Below, one piece after another: positions 29,828-39,967 of a stretch of DNA of 63,512 nucleotides. Every line of letters begins with the position of its first letter. Position 1 is the first letter of the stretch. The notes under the pieces were generated by a model that did no database searches, was not told where the DNA came from, and saw only the letters and a list, made by a program, of their open reading frames with translations. This stretch comes from Elusimicrobiota bacterium. Lineage in GTDB: Bacteria; Elusimicrobiota; Elusimicrobia; Elusimicrobiales; UBA9959. The stretch covers positions 1 to 63,512 of the forward strand of contig JAINCQ010000007.1 in NCBI GenBank assembly GCA_036574205.1, in the 5' to 3' direction. The translations under genes and the position numbers were made by a program.

Positions 29828-30856
29828 TCAATCAATTTCCACAGAAGAAATATATTTTGATATAAATATAAAAAAAATAAAAGCGATTAAATATATAATA
29901 ATTCCATACCATAATCTAACCAGAGTTGCAGTATAAGCAAGCAAAGCCATAACAACTGAAAAAAAAGTTGCCATAATTACTATCTTTCTTCTTCCATACC
30001 CCATAGCTTCAAATCTTAGCGCGAAATGATCCCTTGTCCCTGTAAAAGGTGATATGCCTTTTTTCATTCTCAAATATGAAACATATAATGTATCGTATAT
30101 GGGAATGGATAAAATCAAAACAGGGGCATAAACCCCGAGAGGATTTAAATCTGAATATTCTGCTCCCAGCGACACAACCGAAAGAATAAACCCGCAAAAA
30201 AGGCTTCCGCTATCACCAAGAAATATTTTATATTTATTACTAAGATTATAAGGGATAAAACCAAGGATAGCGCCAGCAAGCACAATAGATAGAAAATTGA
30301 CATGAACTGCTTCTGAAGGCATCGTTATAAAGAAAAATGCCATTGATGCAATAAAAACCTGCGAAGAGCAAAGTCCATCCATTATATCTATTATATTAAG
30401 CGCATTGGTTATACCGACAATCCACAAAACTGTTAAAAAATAAGCCACATATTGCGGTTTTATAAAATCTATACTAAATCCGCGTGTTATCATAAAAACA
30501 GCTATTATAACCTCTATTACAAACTTAACCCAGGCTTTTATTCCAATAGGTTTTCTAAGATCATCAACAAATCCAATTAAAAAAATAAGCAAACCACCAA
30601 TTATAATATATCTTAGTTCCCTTAAAGTTCCAGTTGGAAAAGAAGTAAAAAACCTGAATATAACAAGAGTAACAATAAACGAAAATATAACCCCGACTCC
30701 TCCTAAAAGTGGAACATTTCCGCTATGAGTTTTTATTCCGCCTGGCACATCATAATGTCCTAACCTTATAGAAATATATCTTGCCACAGGCACAGCAATT
30801 AAAGATAAAAGAAGAGAAACTAAAAAACTTTTAAAATAAATAATAGAAATATTCAT
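29828..30856 (-). CDS. MraY/WecA(TagO)-family polyprenyl-phosphate HexNAc-1-P transferase
   Basis: PLLGG, GFVDD, NALNIIDIMDGL, IFLGDSGS. Confidence 0.88.
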   Translation of the reverse strand: MNISIIYFKSFLVSLLLSLIAVPVARYISIRLGHYDVPGGIKTHSGNVPLLGGVGVIFSFIVTLVIFRFFTSFPTGTLRELRYIIIGGLLIFLIGFVDDLRKPIGIKAWVKFVIEVIIAVFMITRGFSIDFIKPQYVAYFLTVLWIVGITNALNIIDIMDGLCSSQVFIASMAFFFITMPSEAVHVNFLSIVLAGAILGFIPYNLSNKYKIFLGDSGSLFCGFILSVVSLGAEYSDLNPLGVYAPVLILSIPIYDTLYVSYLRMKKGISPFTGTRDHFALRFEAMGYGRRKIVIMATFFSVVMALLAYTATLVRLWYGIIIYLIAFIFFIFISKYISSVEID

Positions 30857-31566
30857 ATCTCTTTAAACAGGGATATAATTTTAAATTTTACAATAATCCA
30901 TAATCCTTTGAAACCATCTTTCAAGCTTATTTTTTTCCCCTCCTTATGTGTCCTTGGTTTATAAGTTATCGGTATCTCCATAACGCTATATTTTTTATAA
31001 GCTAATTTCAACGATATTTCGGCCTCTACTTCAAATCCATTAGACTCTATATTAATATTTTTTATCACATTTTTTTAAAATGCTTTATAACCTGTATATG
31101 AATCAGTATATCTTGAACCAAAAAGAAAATTTATCAAAAAAGTTAACAAAATATTTCCATAAAGGTAAAACTTATTAAAAATCTCATTATCAGATAATAA
31201 CCTTGATCCATAAACCGCATCGCATCCACTATGAAGAAGCTTTTCATAAATAACAGTAATATTTGAAGGATCATATTCCATATCAGCATCCTGAACTATT
31301 AGATATTTTCCACTTGCATAGATAATTCCCATTCTTATGGCAGCCCCCTTGCCTTTGTTTTCACTGTTTTTTAAAACAATTAACTTATACTGAAAAGTGT
31401 CTGATATGGTATTTAGATATTCATATGTCCCATCTTCTGATCCGTCATCTATAACAATTACCTCGATTTTAGACGCGAAAGGAAGCGAATTTATTTTCTT
31501 TAAAACAACTGATATTGTAGTTATCTCATTATAAGATGGGATAATTATAGATAGATCAAACTCCAT
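30853..31566 (-). pseudogene. GT2 glycosyltransferase (DPM-synthase-like) interrupted by an in-frame TAA at 31075-31077
   Basis: IIPSYNE, DDGSEDGT, GKGAA, QDADMEY, DSYTGYKAF*KNVIKNINIESNGFEVEAE..EIPITYKPR..GKKI; both ORFs are in the same frame. Confidence 0.8.
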
Positions 31567-31676
31567 AATATAATGATTTTATTTAATCTTGCGTTTAAAA
31601 TCAACCTATTACTTTGTATTATATATTTTCTGCTGATTAGTTAAACTATTTTATATAATATAAATTAGGAGGCAAG

Positions 31677-32804
31677 ATGAAAATACCAATGGTTGATCTT
31701 ACAAGGGAATATAAAGAGATTAAAAATGAAATAGACCAATCAATATCTAATATTTTAAATAAATGCAATTTTATACTTGGGGAAGATGTTTTGAAATTTG
31801 AAGATGAGTTTGCTCAAATTAATGGTTCAAGATATGCTGTGTCAGTCGCAAGTGGGACAGATGCTTTAAGAATTGCAATAATGGCAAATGGTATAAAGGG
31901 AGGAGATGAGGTCATTACAACCCCTTTTACTTTTATAGCTACATCTGAAACTATATCACAAGCTGGCGGAAAAGTTGTTTTTGCTGATATAGAAGAAAAG
32001 ACATATAACATAGATCCAAAATCAATAGAACAAAAAATAAGCAAAAAAACAAAAGCAATACTTCCTGTTCATCTATATGGCCATCCCGCTGAAATGAAGG
32101 AGATAATGGAAATAGCAAAAAAATACAATCTTATAGTAATAGAAGATTGTGCTCAGGCTTTCACTGCAAAATATAAGATAGATAACAACTGGAAGTTTGT
32201 AGGATCAATTGGAAAATGTGGAACATTTAGTTTCTTCCCGGCTAAAAACCTCGGAGCATATGGAGATGGCGGTCTTATCACTACGGATGATGAAAATGTT
32301 TATAATCTTGCTAAAACATTGAGAAATCATGGTTCAAGAGAAAGATATATACATGAGATTGAAGGATTTAACTCACGACTTGACACAATACAGGCCGCTA
32401 TATTGAGAGTAAAACTTAAAAATATATTGAGATATACAGAAATGAGAAATCAAGTAGCATCAAAATATAGCAAAGCACTTAAAGAAGTTTGTATAACACC
32501 AGTTATAAAAGAAAACTGCTACCATTCTTTTAATTATTACACTATCCGATTTGAAACTAAGGAAATCAGAGATAGAGTCCAAAAACATCTCAATGAAAAT
32601 GGAATATCTAATCAAATTTATTATCCAATACCGCTACATCTTCAAAAAGCTTATAGACACTTAGGATATAAGAAAGGGGATTTTCCAGTTGCCGAAAAAA
32701 TGGCAGATGTGCTTCTTTCTTTGCCAATGTTCCCCCAGCTTACAGATAAAGAGATAGAGTATATAGCTGAAAAAATAAAAGAGGCTGTTAAGATTAAATG
32801 TTAA
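31677..32804 (+). CDS. DegT/DnrJ/EryC1/StrS sugar aminotransferase
   Basis: SGTDAL, PFTFIAT, VHLYG, EDCAQA, SFFPAKNLGAYGDGG, NSRLD. Confidence 0.93.
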   Translation: MKIPMVDLTREYKEIKNEIDQSISNILNKCNFILGEDVLKFEDEFAQINGSRYAVSVASGTDALRIAIMANGIKGGDEVITTPFTFIATSETISQAGGKVVFADIEEKTYNIDPKSIEQKISKKTKAILPVHLYGHPAEMKEIMEIAKKYNLIVIEDCAQAFTAKYKIDNNWKFVGSIGKCGTFSFFPAKNLGAYGDGGLITTDDENVYNLAKTLRNHGSRERYIHEIEGFNSRLDTIQAAILRVKLKNILRYTEMRNQVASKYSKALKEVCITPVIKENCYHSFNYYTIRFETKEIRDRVQKHLNENGISNQIYYPIPLHLQKAYRHLGYKKGDFPVAEKMADVLLSLPMFPQLTDKEIEYIAEKIKEAVKIKC

Positions 32805-34075
32805 TCATAATAGGAGCGGGACCTACAGGGCTTAGTTGTGGATATAGATTAAAAGGTAAAGTTAATTTTTTGATAGTTGAAAAGGAAAATGAAGTTGGAG
32901 GAATTGCATCAAGCGTAAAAAAAGATGGATTTATATTTGACTACTCAGGACACCTCTTGCATTTAAGATGGGATGAGACAAAAAATTTTGTACTAAGACT
33001 TCTTGATAAAAATTATCTAAAAATCAAAAGAAATGCTCAAATTTATTTGAAAGGTAATTATGTTGATTATCCGTTTCAAATTAATTTATATAATCTACCA
33101 CCAGATCTAAAATCAAACTGTGTTAGAGATTTTTTAAAAGCAACCCTTAATAAAAAAACTGATAAAGAATTAAATTTTAAGAAATGGGCGCTTGAAACAT
33201 TTGGTAAATCAATATGCAACTATTTTATGTTCCCATATAATAAAAAGCTTTTTGCATATCCACTTGATAAAATTACAACAAAATGGCTTGGTGATTTTGT
33301 TCCAAAACCAAATATAAACATGGTTTTAAAAGGAGCATATCAGAGAAAAATAGAAAACATTGGTTATAATCCATTTTTTTATTATCCAAAATATGGAGGT
33401 ATAAAGAATTTAGCAGATGCAATGGCTAAAAAAATACAAAATAATATAATGAAAAATTCTCAAGTCATAAAGGTTTCTTTAAAAAATAAAGAGATATTCT
33501 TAAAAAATGGGCAGAGTTTAAAATATTCAAAACTTATAAATACTATGCCACTTAAAAAGTTTATTTTAATATCAGATGCTCCTTATAAAATAAAAGAGGC
33601 AGCTAAAAATTTAAAACACAATTCAATATATATACTAAATCTCGGAGTTAAAAAAATAAATTTTAAACAGCACTGGATTTATTTTCCCGAAGAAAAATTT
33701 ATATTTTATAGACTTGGATTTTATTCAAATTTTTCCCCACATCTATGCCCCAAAAACTCAACCTCTCTATATATAGAGATTTCTGTTAAAGAAAATGAAA
33801 CTATAGATTTTTTAAAAGCTGAAAAAAGCGTTATCAAAGATATTTTAGAACTTGGGATAATTAAAAGCGAAAAAGATATAATTACAAAAACCTGGCTTAA
33901 AGTGGAATGTGGCTATGTAATATATGATTTTTTGAGGGAAAAAAGCCTTGAGATTATATTCAATTATCTTAAAGAAAACTCAGTTATATCAACCGGGAGA
34001 TACGGTGGATGGAAATATTCTTTTATTGAAGAAAATATAAAAGATGGCTTTGATACTGCAAAATCATTATTGTAA
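32798..34075 (+). CDS. FAD-dependent oxidoreductase (protoporphyrinogen oxidase / UDP-Galp mutase-like)
   Basis: GAGPTG, FDYSGHLLH, FYYPKYGG, GRYGGWKY. Confidence 0.75.
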   Translation: MLIIIGAGPTGLSCGYRLKGKVNFLIVEKENEVGGIASSVKKDGFIFDYSGHLLHLRWDETKNFVLRLLDKNYLKIKRNAQIYLKGNYVDYPFQINLYNLPPDLKSNCVRDFLKATLNKKTDKELNFKKWALETFGKSICNYFMFPYNKKLFAYPLDKITTKWLGDFVPKPNINMVLKGAYQRKIENIGYNPFFYYPKYGGIKNLADAMAKKIQNNIMKNSQVIKVSLKNKEIFLKNGQSLKYSKLINTMPLKKFILISDAPYKIKEAAKNLKHNSIYILNLGVKKINFKQHWIYFPEEKFIFYRLGFYSNFSPHLCPKNSTSLYIEISVKENETIDFLKAEKSVIKDILELGIIKSEKDIITKTWLKVECGYVIYDFLREKSLEIIFNYLKENSVISTGRYGGWKYSFIEENIKDGFDTAKSLL

Positions 34076-34088
34076 AAGAGGAGGAATT

Positions 34089-34973
34089 ATGGAACTTAAA
34101 GGATGTTATACCGCAATAGCAACTCCATTTAAAAATGGGGAAGTAGATTTTAAATCACTTGAAAATCTTCTAAATTTTCAACTGGGATCAAAAATAAGCG
34201 GGGTAGTCTGCTGTGGCTCAACTGGAGAGGCAAGTTCGTTAAAAGAAGAAGAGTATCTTAAAATATTAAAATTTGTATCTCATAAATGCAAAAATAAAAA
34301 ACAGGTAATAGCTGGTTTTGGAACAAATTCGACAATAAAAACCCTTGAAATCCTTGAAAAGGTAGATGAGATTAATTTAGATGCATTACTCGTTATAGTC
34401 CCATACTATAATAAACCAACCCAAAGAGGAATTTTTGAACATTTTAAATTGATAGCTGAAAAAACAAAACACAAGATAATTTTATATAACATCCCTTCAA
34501 GAACTGGTATAAACATGTTACCTGAAACTGTATTTGAACTTTCAAAGATAAAAAATATAATCGGGATAAAAGAAGCAAGTGGGAATCTTGATCAGGTAAG
34601 TGAGATAATAAATTTATGCAATAAAAGTTTCTGTTTACTAAGCGGAGACGATTCCCTTACCCTTGCGATGATGAGTGTAGGTGCAAAAGGAGTAATATCT
34701 GTAGCATCTAACATAATTCCAGATGAAATATCTACAATCTGCACAGAATTTGAAAAAGGAAATTTTAAAAAATCGCAAAAATTACATCATAAATATTTCA
34801 AACTTATAAAAAATCTATTCATTGAGACAAACCCAATACCAATTAAATATCTTCTTAAAAAACTTAAAATAATAGAAAGCGACGAGTTAAGACTTCCGCT
34901 TATTAGAATATCTAAAGAAAATGCTAAGAAACTTGACAACCTCTTAAAAATAGTTCAAGAAACTTCCTCATAA
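34089..34973 (+). CDS. dapA: 4-hydroxy-tetrahydrodipicolinate synthase
   Basis: GSTGE, PYYNKP, LYNIPSRTG, GIKEASG, SGDD, ETNPIP; SD GAGGAGG before ATG 34089. Confidence 0.93.
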   Translation: MELKGCYTAIATPFKNGEVDFKSLENLLNFQLGSKISGVVCCGSTGEASSLKEEEYLKILKFVSHKCKNKKQVIAGFGTNSTIKTLEILEKVDEINLDALLVIVPYYNKPTQRGIFEHFKLIAEKTKHKIILYNIPSRTGINMLPETVFELSKIKNIIGIKEASGNLDQVSEIINLCNKSFCLLSGDDSLTLAMMSVGAKGVISVASNIIPDEISTICTEFEKGNFKKSQKLHHKYFKLIKNLFIETNPIPIKYLLKKLKIIESDELRLPLIRISKENAKKLDNLLKIVQETSS

Positions 34974-35626
34974 TTTTCTGATGTGGTAATTAAAAAGAAA
35001 AGATAACAAATAAAAGCTATAAAAATTAAAGCCATAAAAGATGCTAATATTTCATTTCTGCTTAAAAAATATTTTAAAATAGAAAGGATCAAAATAATCC
35101 AGAAATATTGCCCTTTTACAGTTTGAAAACTTCTTTTAATAGCGTCATAAACTCCAGTATCAAACTTAATTATATAAACAGGAGAAAAAGATATTTTTAT
35201 TCCAAAATAAGCAGTACCAGCCACTATAAATATAAAAAATAAAAACATAAGAATTTTATTATTTATCAACATTGAAAGCATAATAAGCGAAATCATTAAT
35301 GTTGATATTATTCCAAGAGCAAAAAATCTTTTAAAATAATATAAACATTTAAAAAAATATTCACTAAAGCTTGTTTCTTTATCCAATAAAATAACATACC
35401 ATACTCCGCCAGCAATAAAAGAGTCTATTACAGTAGAAAGAAAAACAAACAGATAGAATTTATTAGACTTTATCAAATCCATATAAAATTCTTTATTATC
35501 CATAAGATTATCAAAACCAAAAGCATAAGACATGATTTTTTGAATTCCAATAGTAAATAAAACAAAAAATAAAAATATATGAGAATTTTCTTTTGTTTTT
35601 AGATAAAGAAATTTAAAAAAGTTCAT
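34955..35626 (-). CDS. Hypothetical multi-pass membrane protein
   Basis: About 5 TM segments; GVYDAIKRSFQTVKG motif. Confidence 0.7.
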   Translation of the reverse strand: MNFFKFLYLKTKENSHIFLFFVLFTIGIQKIMSYAFGFDNLMDNKEFYMDLIKSNKFYLFVFLSTVIDSFIAGGVWYVILLDKETSFSEYFFKCLYYFKRFFALGIISTLMISLIMLSMLINNKILMFLFFIFIVAGTAYFGIKISFSPVYIIKFDTGVYDAIKRSFQTVKGQYFWIILILSILKYFLSRNEILASFMALIFIAFICYLFFLITTSENYEEVS

Positions 35627-36392
35627 ACCACCCTCTAAAAACTATTTTAACAGGTCCGAACATATAAAGACTATTTTTATCAAAATATAAATGAAAGCGC
35701 TGTCCCATTTTTGAAATAAATATTGCTTCCTTCTGATTATATTTATCAATTAAAGCGTAAAAAGAAGAAGCTATTCCACTTGAGCAGGAATAAGTCTCCT
35801 CTTCTACTCCCTTCTCATATGTTCTTATTTTAACAATAAGTTTTTGATTTTTTAAACCTAAAACCTCAACAAAATCAACATTTGTGCCCTGGGGACTAAA
35901 TCTTTTATCATATCTATAATTCCTTCCAATATTAAAAACATCCAATCTATCTATATTTTCAGCTTCTATTACCAGATGATTTGTTCCAACCCTTACAAAT
36001 TTTGCACTACAGTTTTTATCAATATCTATATCTTTAATAAAATCAGGCTTAGGCATTTCAAGATAAATTTTATCGTCTTTTTTTATTAAAACATAAAGCT
36101 TTCCAGCCGAAGTATTTATATAGAAATTCTTTGTTTTCTTAAATTTTTTATAAATCCACCATGCTGCTGATCTTGTGCCATTGCCACAAAAAGCAAAACT
36201 TCCATCACTGTTTAAATAATCAAGAAAATACTCTTTCCCTTTCTTATTTAAAATCAAAAGACCATCCGCCCCAATACCATAATGTCTGTCGCAAAGTTTA
36301 ATCGCAATATTTTTTATCTGAGATTTGGTTTTAAAAATATTATATAAAAGGATAAAATCGTTTCCAGCCGCTGTTATCTTATAAAACTCCAC
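35613..36392 (-). CDS. dapF: Diaminopimelate epimerase
   Basis: GNDF, GIGADG, FCGNGTR, GTNVDF, RTYEKGVEEETYSC. Confidence 0.92.
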   Translation of the reverse strand: MEFYKITAAGNDFILLYNIFKTKSQIKNIAIKLCDRHYGIGADGLLILNKKGKEYFLDYLNSDGSFAFCGNGTRSAAWWIYKKFKKTKNFYINTSAGKLYVLIKKDDKIYLEMPKPDFIKDIDIDKNCSAKFVRVGTNHLVIEAENIDRLDVFNIGRNYRYDKRFSPQGTNVDFVEVLGLKNQKLIVKIRTYEKGVEEETYSCSSGIASSFYALIDKYNQKEAIFISKMGQRFHLYFDKNSLYMFGPVKIVFRGWYELF

Positions 36393-36412
36393 TTTCTTGC
36401 CTGTTAAATAAC

Positions 36413-36943
36413 TTAAACTTTTAAATCACCAATTTTTTCTTTTATCTCTTTATCAATTTTTTCTATCTTTTCAAGTTCTATATTTTTATCCTTAAGTTCC
36501 TTTCTAAAATTTTCATTTACTTTAATTATATAATGCAATTTTTCCATCATGTTATTAAACGCGTCTTGCAGTTCTATAAGCGAATCACCTTTTCTTAAAT
36601 AAACCCTATGTGTTAAATCTCCTTCCGCTATCTTTTGACAACTTTTTTCAAACTTATATATCGGACCAGCTATTTTATGTGATATAACAGCCGAAGCAAT
36701 AATCACTATAAATATATAAATCAAAAGCTTAAACATCATAATAGGAATGTTTGAAAAAATCTCATCCAGAAGCGGTATCATCGCAGGATGAAGAGTCACT
36801 ACTTTATGAACACTCCATAAAATATCTAAAGCAACAAGCATAAAAGCTACAAGCGATGTAAATGAAATTATAAACATATACCTGTATTGTAAATTTCCTT
36901 TAACTATTATAGTCTTTCTTTGAAACTGCTGTTTGTTTTCCAC
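36413..36943 (-). CDS. Membrane protein with HAMP domain
   Basis: Two TMs then SHKIAGPIYKFE..IAEGDLT..LRKGD..AFNNM; GTG start with SD AGGAGG. Confidence 0.78.
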   Translation of the reverse strand: MENKQQFQRKTIIVKGNLQYRYMFIISFTSLVAFMLVALDILWSVHKVVTLHPAMIPLLDEIFSNIPIMMFKLLIYIFIVIIASAVISHKIAGPIYKFEKSCQKIAEGDLTHRVYLRKGDSLIELQDAFNNMMEKLHYIIKVNENFRKELKDKNIELEKIEKIDKEIKEKIGDLKV

Positions 36944-36962
36944 AAAAACCTCCTATTTAGTT

Positions 36963-37997
36963 TTAAAAAAGTATATCCATAATTTCCAACCATTTTTCAT
37001 CCACAACTTTAAGCTTGCCAGTTGCATCTTTTAAAGGAACTCCTTTTATCTCGTTGCCAACTAAAGCAGCCATTTTTCCAAAATCACCCTCATGTATAAG
37101 ATATGCCGCCTTTATCCCAACCCTTGTTCCTAATATTCTATCAAACAAAGTTGGCTCTCCGCCTCTTTGCATATGACCTATAACAGCATATCTTGTTTCT
37201 ATTCCAGTATTTTGCTCTATAAATTTTGATATCTTTTCTCCCATTCCCCTTTCTTTAAGTATTATATGTCCAAATTGATCCACTTCTTTGGTTTTTAAAT
37301 TGTCCCTCTCCTCTTCCAATATTTCAACAGCCTCGCTGACAACAATAAGAGCAAAATTTTTTCTTGCATAAGCCTTTTTTACCTTTTCTATTAATTCTTT
37401 AGTATCTATTTTTCTTTCAGGCAAACATACATAATCTGCACCAGAAGCGATAGCCGTAAAAAGAGCTACCCAACCAGCATGTCTTCCCATAACCTCAAAA
37501 ACCATCACTCTTTTGTGGCTTTTACCGGTATCTATTAAGGCTTTTGCCGCTTCCATCGCTCTTGTAACTGCTGTATCAAAGCCAAAAGTATAATCTGTAA
37601 CATTTAAATCATTATCCATAGTTTTTGGAACTCCAACTATATTAAGTTTATACTCCTCATAAAGCCTGGTGGCAACTCCCAGTGTATCCTCACCACCTAT
37701 TGCGACCAGAGCATAAAGATCAAGAGATTTAAAATTATCCAGCACCTTTTTTACTCCATTTTCTTTTTTATATGGATTTGTCCTTGAGGTTCCAAGTATA
37801 GTTCCCCCTTGAGAAATAATATATTCAACATCTTCTTTTCTCAACTTCTCAGCTCTACCCTCAATCATCCCCTTCCAACCATCTTGAATACCGACACATT
37901 CATATCCCAGTTTATCAGCAGCATAAACCACCCCTCTTATAGCAGGATTTAAACCAGGGCAGTCTCCTCCTCCTGTCAGTATTCCTATCTTTTTCAT
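36963..37997 (-). CDS. 6-phosphofructokinase, PPi-dependent signature (group III-like)
   Basis: TGGGDCPGLN, GGTILGTSR, GGEDT, PKTMDND, EVMGRHAGW. Confidence 0.92.
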   Translation of the reverse strand: MKKIGILTGGGDCPGLNPAIRGVVYAADKLGYECVGIQDGWKGMIEGRAEKLRKEDVEYIISQGGTILGTSRTNPYKKENGVKKVLDNFKSLDLYALVAIGGEDTLGVATRLYEEYKLNIVGVPKTMDNDLNVTDYTFGFDTAVTRAMEAAKALIDTGKSHKRVMVFEVMGRHAGWVALFTAIASGADYVCLPERKIDTKELIEKVKKAYARKNFALIVVSEAVEILEEERDNLKTKEVDQFGHIILKERGMGEKISKFIEQNTGIETRYAVIGHMQRGGEPTLFDRILGTRVGIKAAYLIHEGDFGKMAALVGNEIKGVPLKDATGKLKVVDEKWLEIMDILF

Positions 37998-38019
37998 TTT
38001 TCCTCCTTGTTAAACGGGA

Positions 38020-38781
38020 TTAAAAACTACCTAAATAAAAAGTTGTGTTAAATTGAACTATCCTTTCCATTTTATCATCTTCGCCGTTTGAAAATTTGGA
38101 ATTTCTGCCAATATTTCTAAAAGCAATATCAAGAGAAAAATTAGGTGTAATAGATATCCTCATGCCACTGTTAAGTCTTGAATGATAATCAGAGTGAAAA
38201 AGATTGTCATACTCAATAATAAAATTAACCTTATCATCAAGATTGTAGTTAAGGCCTACAAAAGAATAAAGATATCCATCATCAAAATCTGGAATATTAA
38301 AACCTAAATGAACCATTAAATTTGAAAGTAAAGCTTCCCTTGAACCCACAAGGTAAAGACCTTTACCTTTTTGCATATATTTTTTTAGATCCTTATCATA
38401 AAAATACCCCTGACCATCATATCCCATAGACAAAGCAGGGATATAATACCCTCCGTCATAAAACCTGAACTTTAATTGTATCTCAGGTCTTACCATTTTA
38501 ATAGGGCTTTCGCTGCCTATTAATTTGTCAATCATAAAAGAGGCACCTAAATTAAGTCTATCCAGCACACCAACATTCATATAAGCCAGAACCCCACCAT
38601 TATTATAAAACCTCGATTTAAATGCAAAATTAGAATAATCTATAACTCCGGCAGTTGGAATATCTATAAGATTTACCTCAGGCGTAACTATTATCTCATC
38701 CCTTTTACTGTTTTTTTCCTGAGCAATTAAAATTTGTGAAATAAAAAAAATAACTGAGAATAAAATAAATATTTTTTTCAT
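38020..38781 (-). CDS. Exported, probable outer-membrane beta-barrel protein (YjbH-like)
   Basis: Signal peptide, LIDIPTAG, amphipathic strands, terminal Phe. Confidence 0.55.
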   Translation of the reverse strand: MKKIFILFSVIFFISQILIAQEKNSKRDEIIVTPEVNLIDIPTAGVIDYSNFAFKSRFYNNGGVLAYMNVGVLDRLNLGASFMIDKLIGSESPIKMVRPEIQLKFRFYDGGYYIPALSMGYDGQGYFYDKDLKKYMQKGKGLYLVGSREALLSNLMVHLGFNIPDFDDGYLYSFVGLNYNLDDKVNFIIEYDNLFHSDYHSRLNSGMRISITPNFSLDIAFRNIGRNSKFSNGEDDKMERIVQFNTTFYLGSF

Positions 38782-38811
38782 AAATTCTCCTTAAAAATAT
38801 TATACAAAAAT

Positions 38812-38847
38812 AAAAAAGGGCAAAAACCTTATGGCTTTTGCCCTTTT
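38812..38847 (-). terminator. Rho-independent terminator after the RRM gene
   Basis: AAAAGGGCAAAA (38814-38825) / TTTTGCCCTTTT (38836-38847) inverted repeat, T-run follows on the minus strand. Confidence 0.8.
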
Positions 38848-38868
38848 ATATATGAAACTCAATAAGAA

Positions 38869-39180
38869 TCACCACTTATTGAAATTTCTTTTCTCTCCCC
38901 AATTTCTATTTCCGCCTCTCCTTCCACCGCCTTCTGTCATAGGCCTTGCTTCGTTGACAATTAACTTTCTTCCTTCATATTCACTACCATTTAACTTGGT
39001 TATGGCATTGGTAGCCTCGTTATCGTCTTCCATCTCAACAAATCCAAAGCCTCTGGAACGTCCAGAAAATTTGTCTTTTATGACTTTGGCACTTGATACT
39101 TTACCATAGCTGGTGAATAATGTATTTAACTCATCATCACCGGTTTTGAAGGGCAATCCGCCCACATATAACTTTTTCAT
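38869..39180 (-). CDS. RRM RNA-binding protein
   Basis: RNP2 LYVGGL, RNP1 RGFGFVEM, VNEARP, Gly/Arg tail. Confidence 0.95.
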   Translation of the reverse strand: MKKLYVGGLPFKTGDDELNTLFTSYGKVSSAKVIKDKFSGRSRGFGFVEMEDDNEATNAITKLNGSEYEGRKLIVNEARPMTEGGGRRGGNRNWGEKRNFNKW

Positions 39181-39257
39181 CTAACTTACTCTCCTTATAC
39201 TTTTTAACTAACCATAAGTAATGAGGGAAAATCCCGCATCTCTTAGGGCATATCTAT

Positions 39258-39286
39258 ATGTTAACTTAATTTAGTCCTTGTGTCAA
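39258..39286 (-). promoter_or_regulatory. Sigma70-type promoter of the RRM gene
   Basis: TTGACA-17 nt-TAACAT on the minus strand. Confidence 0.65.
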
Positions 39287-39310
39287 GCAAAATTTTATAT
39301 AATAAAATTA

Positions 39311-39967
39311 ATGAGAAAATTTTTTATATTATTTATCTCTACTTTGTTTGTAACCTCCTGCATTTCATCAAAAAAAACCTCCATAGTTTCAAGAAGCGAG
39401 ATATTAGAAACGGAAAAGAAAAACAAAAAACCTTATAAGCAACTGTTAGTTCAATGGAAAAATTATAGTTATGCAGATTTTCATAAAGTAAACAATCTTG
39501 AAAAAGAGGCGGAGTCTATCAGAATGGTAGAAGTAGATGAAGAGATATATAAAAAATTTAAAAAACAGGCACTAAAAATATTTAAAGAAAATGGGCTTTA
39601 CGATGAAATAAACGGAACTGGAACAATAAAAATACTTCTTATAACATATGGTAGATGGAATTATTCCGAACTTTTCTCCACTTTTTTAGTTGACACTGGA
39701 TATGTCCTCATACTCCCATCATCAATAAACGTCGCATATAGAATGATAGTAAAATCAGAACAAGATGGAATTGAATATAAATTAGAAAAAAAATCTTCTG
39801 TGAAAACAACTTTTCATTTTCTTTTATTTCCATTATACCCCTTTGCAAGTTTTTCAGGGGCAGAAAAATCAGTTTTAAAAAATATGCTTTATGAAACTAT
39901 TATAGATTTGGTCAAAATGCAAGAAAATCAGATATTAGAAAAAAATAACAATAAAACTACTCCTTAG
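39311..39967 (+). CDS. Hypothetical lipoprotein
   Basis: MRKFFILFISTLFVTSC lipobox from ATG 39311. Confidence 0.65.
   Translation: MRKFFILFISTLFVTSCISSKKTSIVSRSEILETEKKNKKPYKQLLVQWKNYSYADFHKVNNLEKEAESIRMVEVDEEIYKKFKKQALKIFKENGLYDEINGTGTIKILLITYGRWNYSELFSTFLVDTGYVLILPSSINVAYRMIVKSEQDGIEYKLEKKSSVKTTFHFLLFPLYPFASFSGAEKSVLKNMLYETIIDLVKMQENQILEKNNNKTTP

Noticed and set aside
31075..31077. Stop-codon reassignment or readthrough
   Set aside because: TAA, TAG and TGA all end intact genes elsewhere in the window; this is an isolated case
39181..39255. Structured RNA or thermometer in the RRM gene leader
   Set aside because: Only short weak pairings (GGGA-TTT-TCCC); cannot be supported without covariation data
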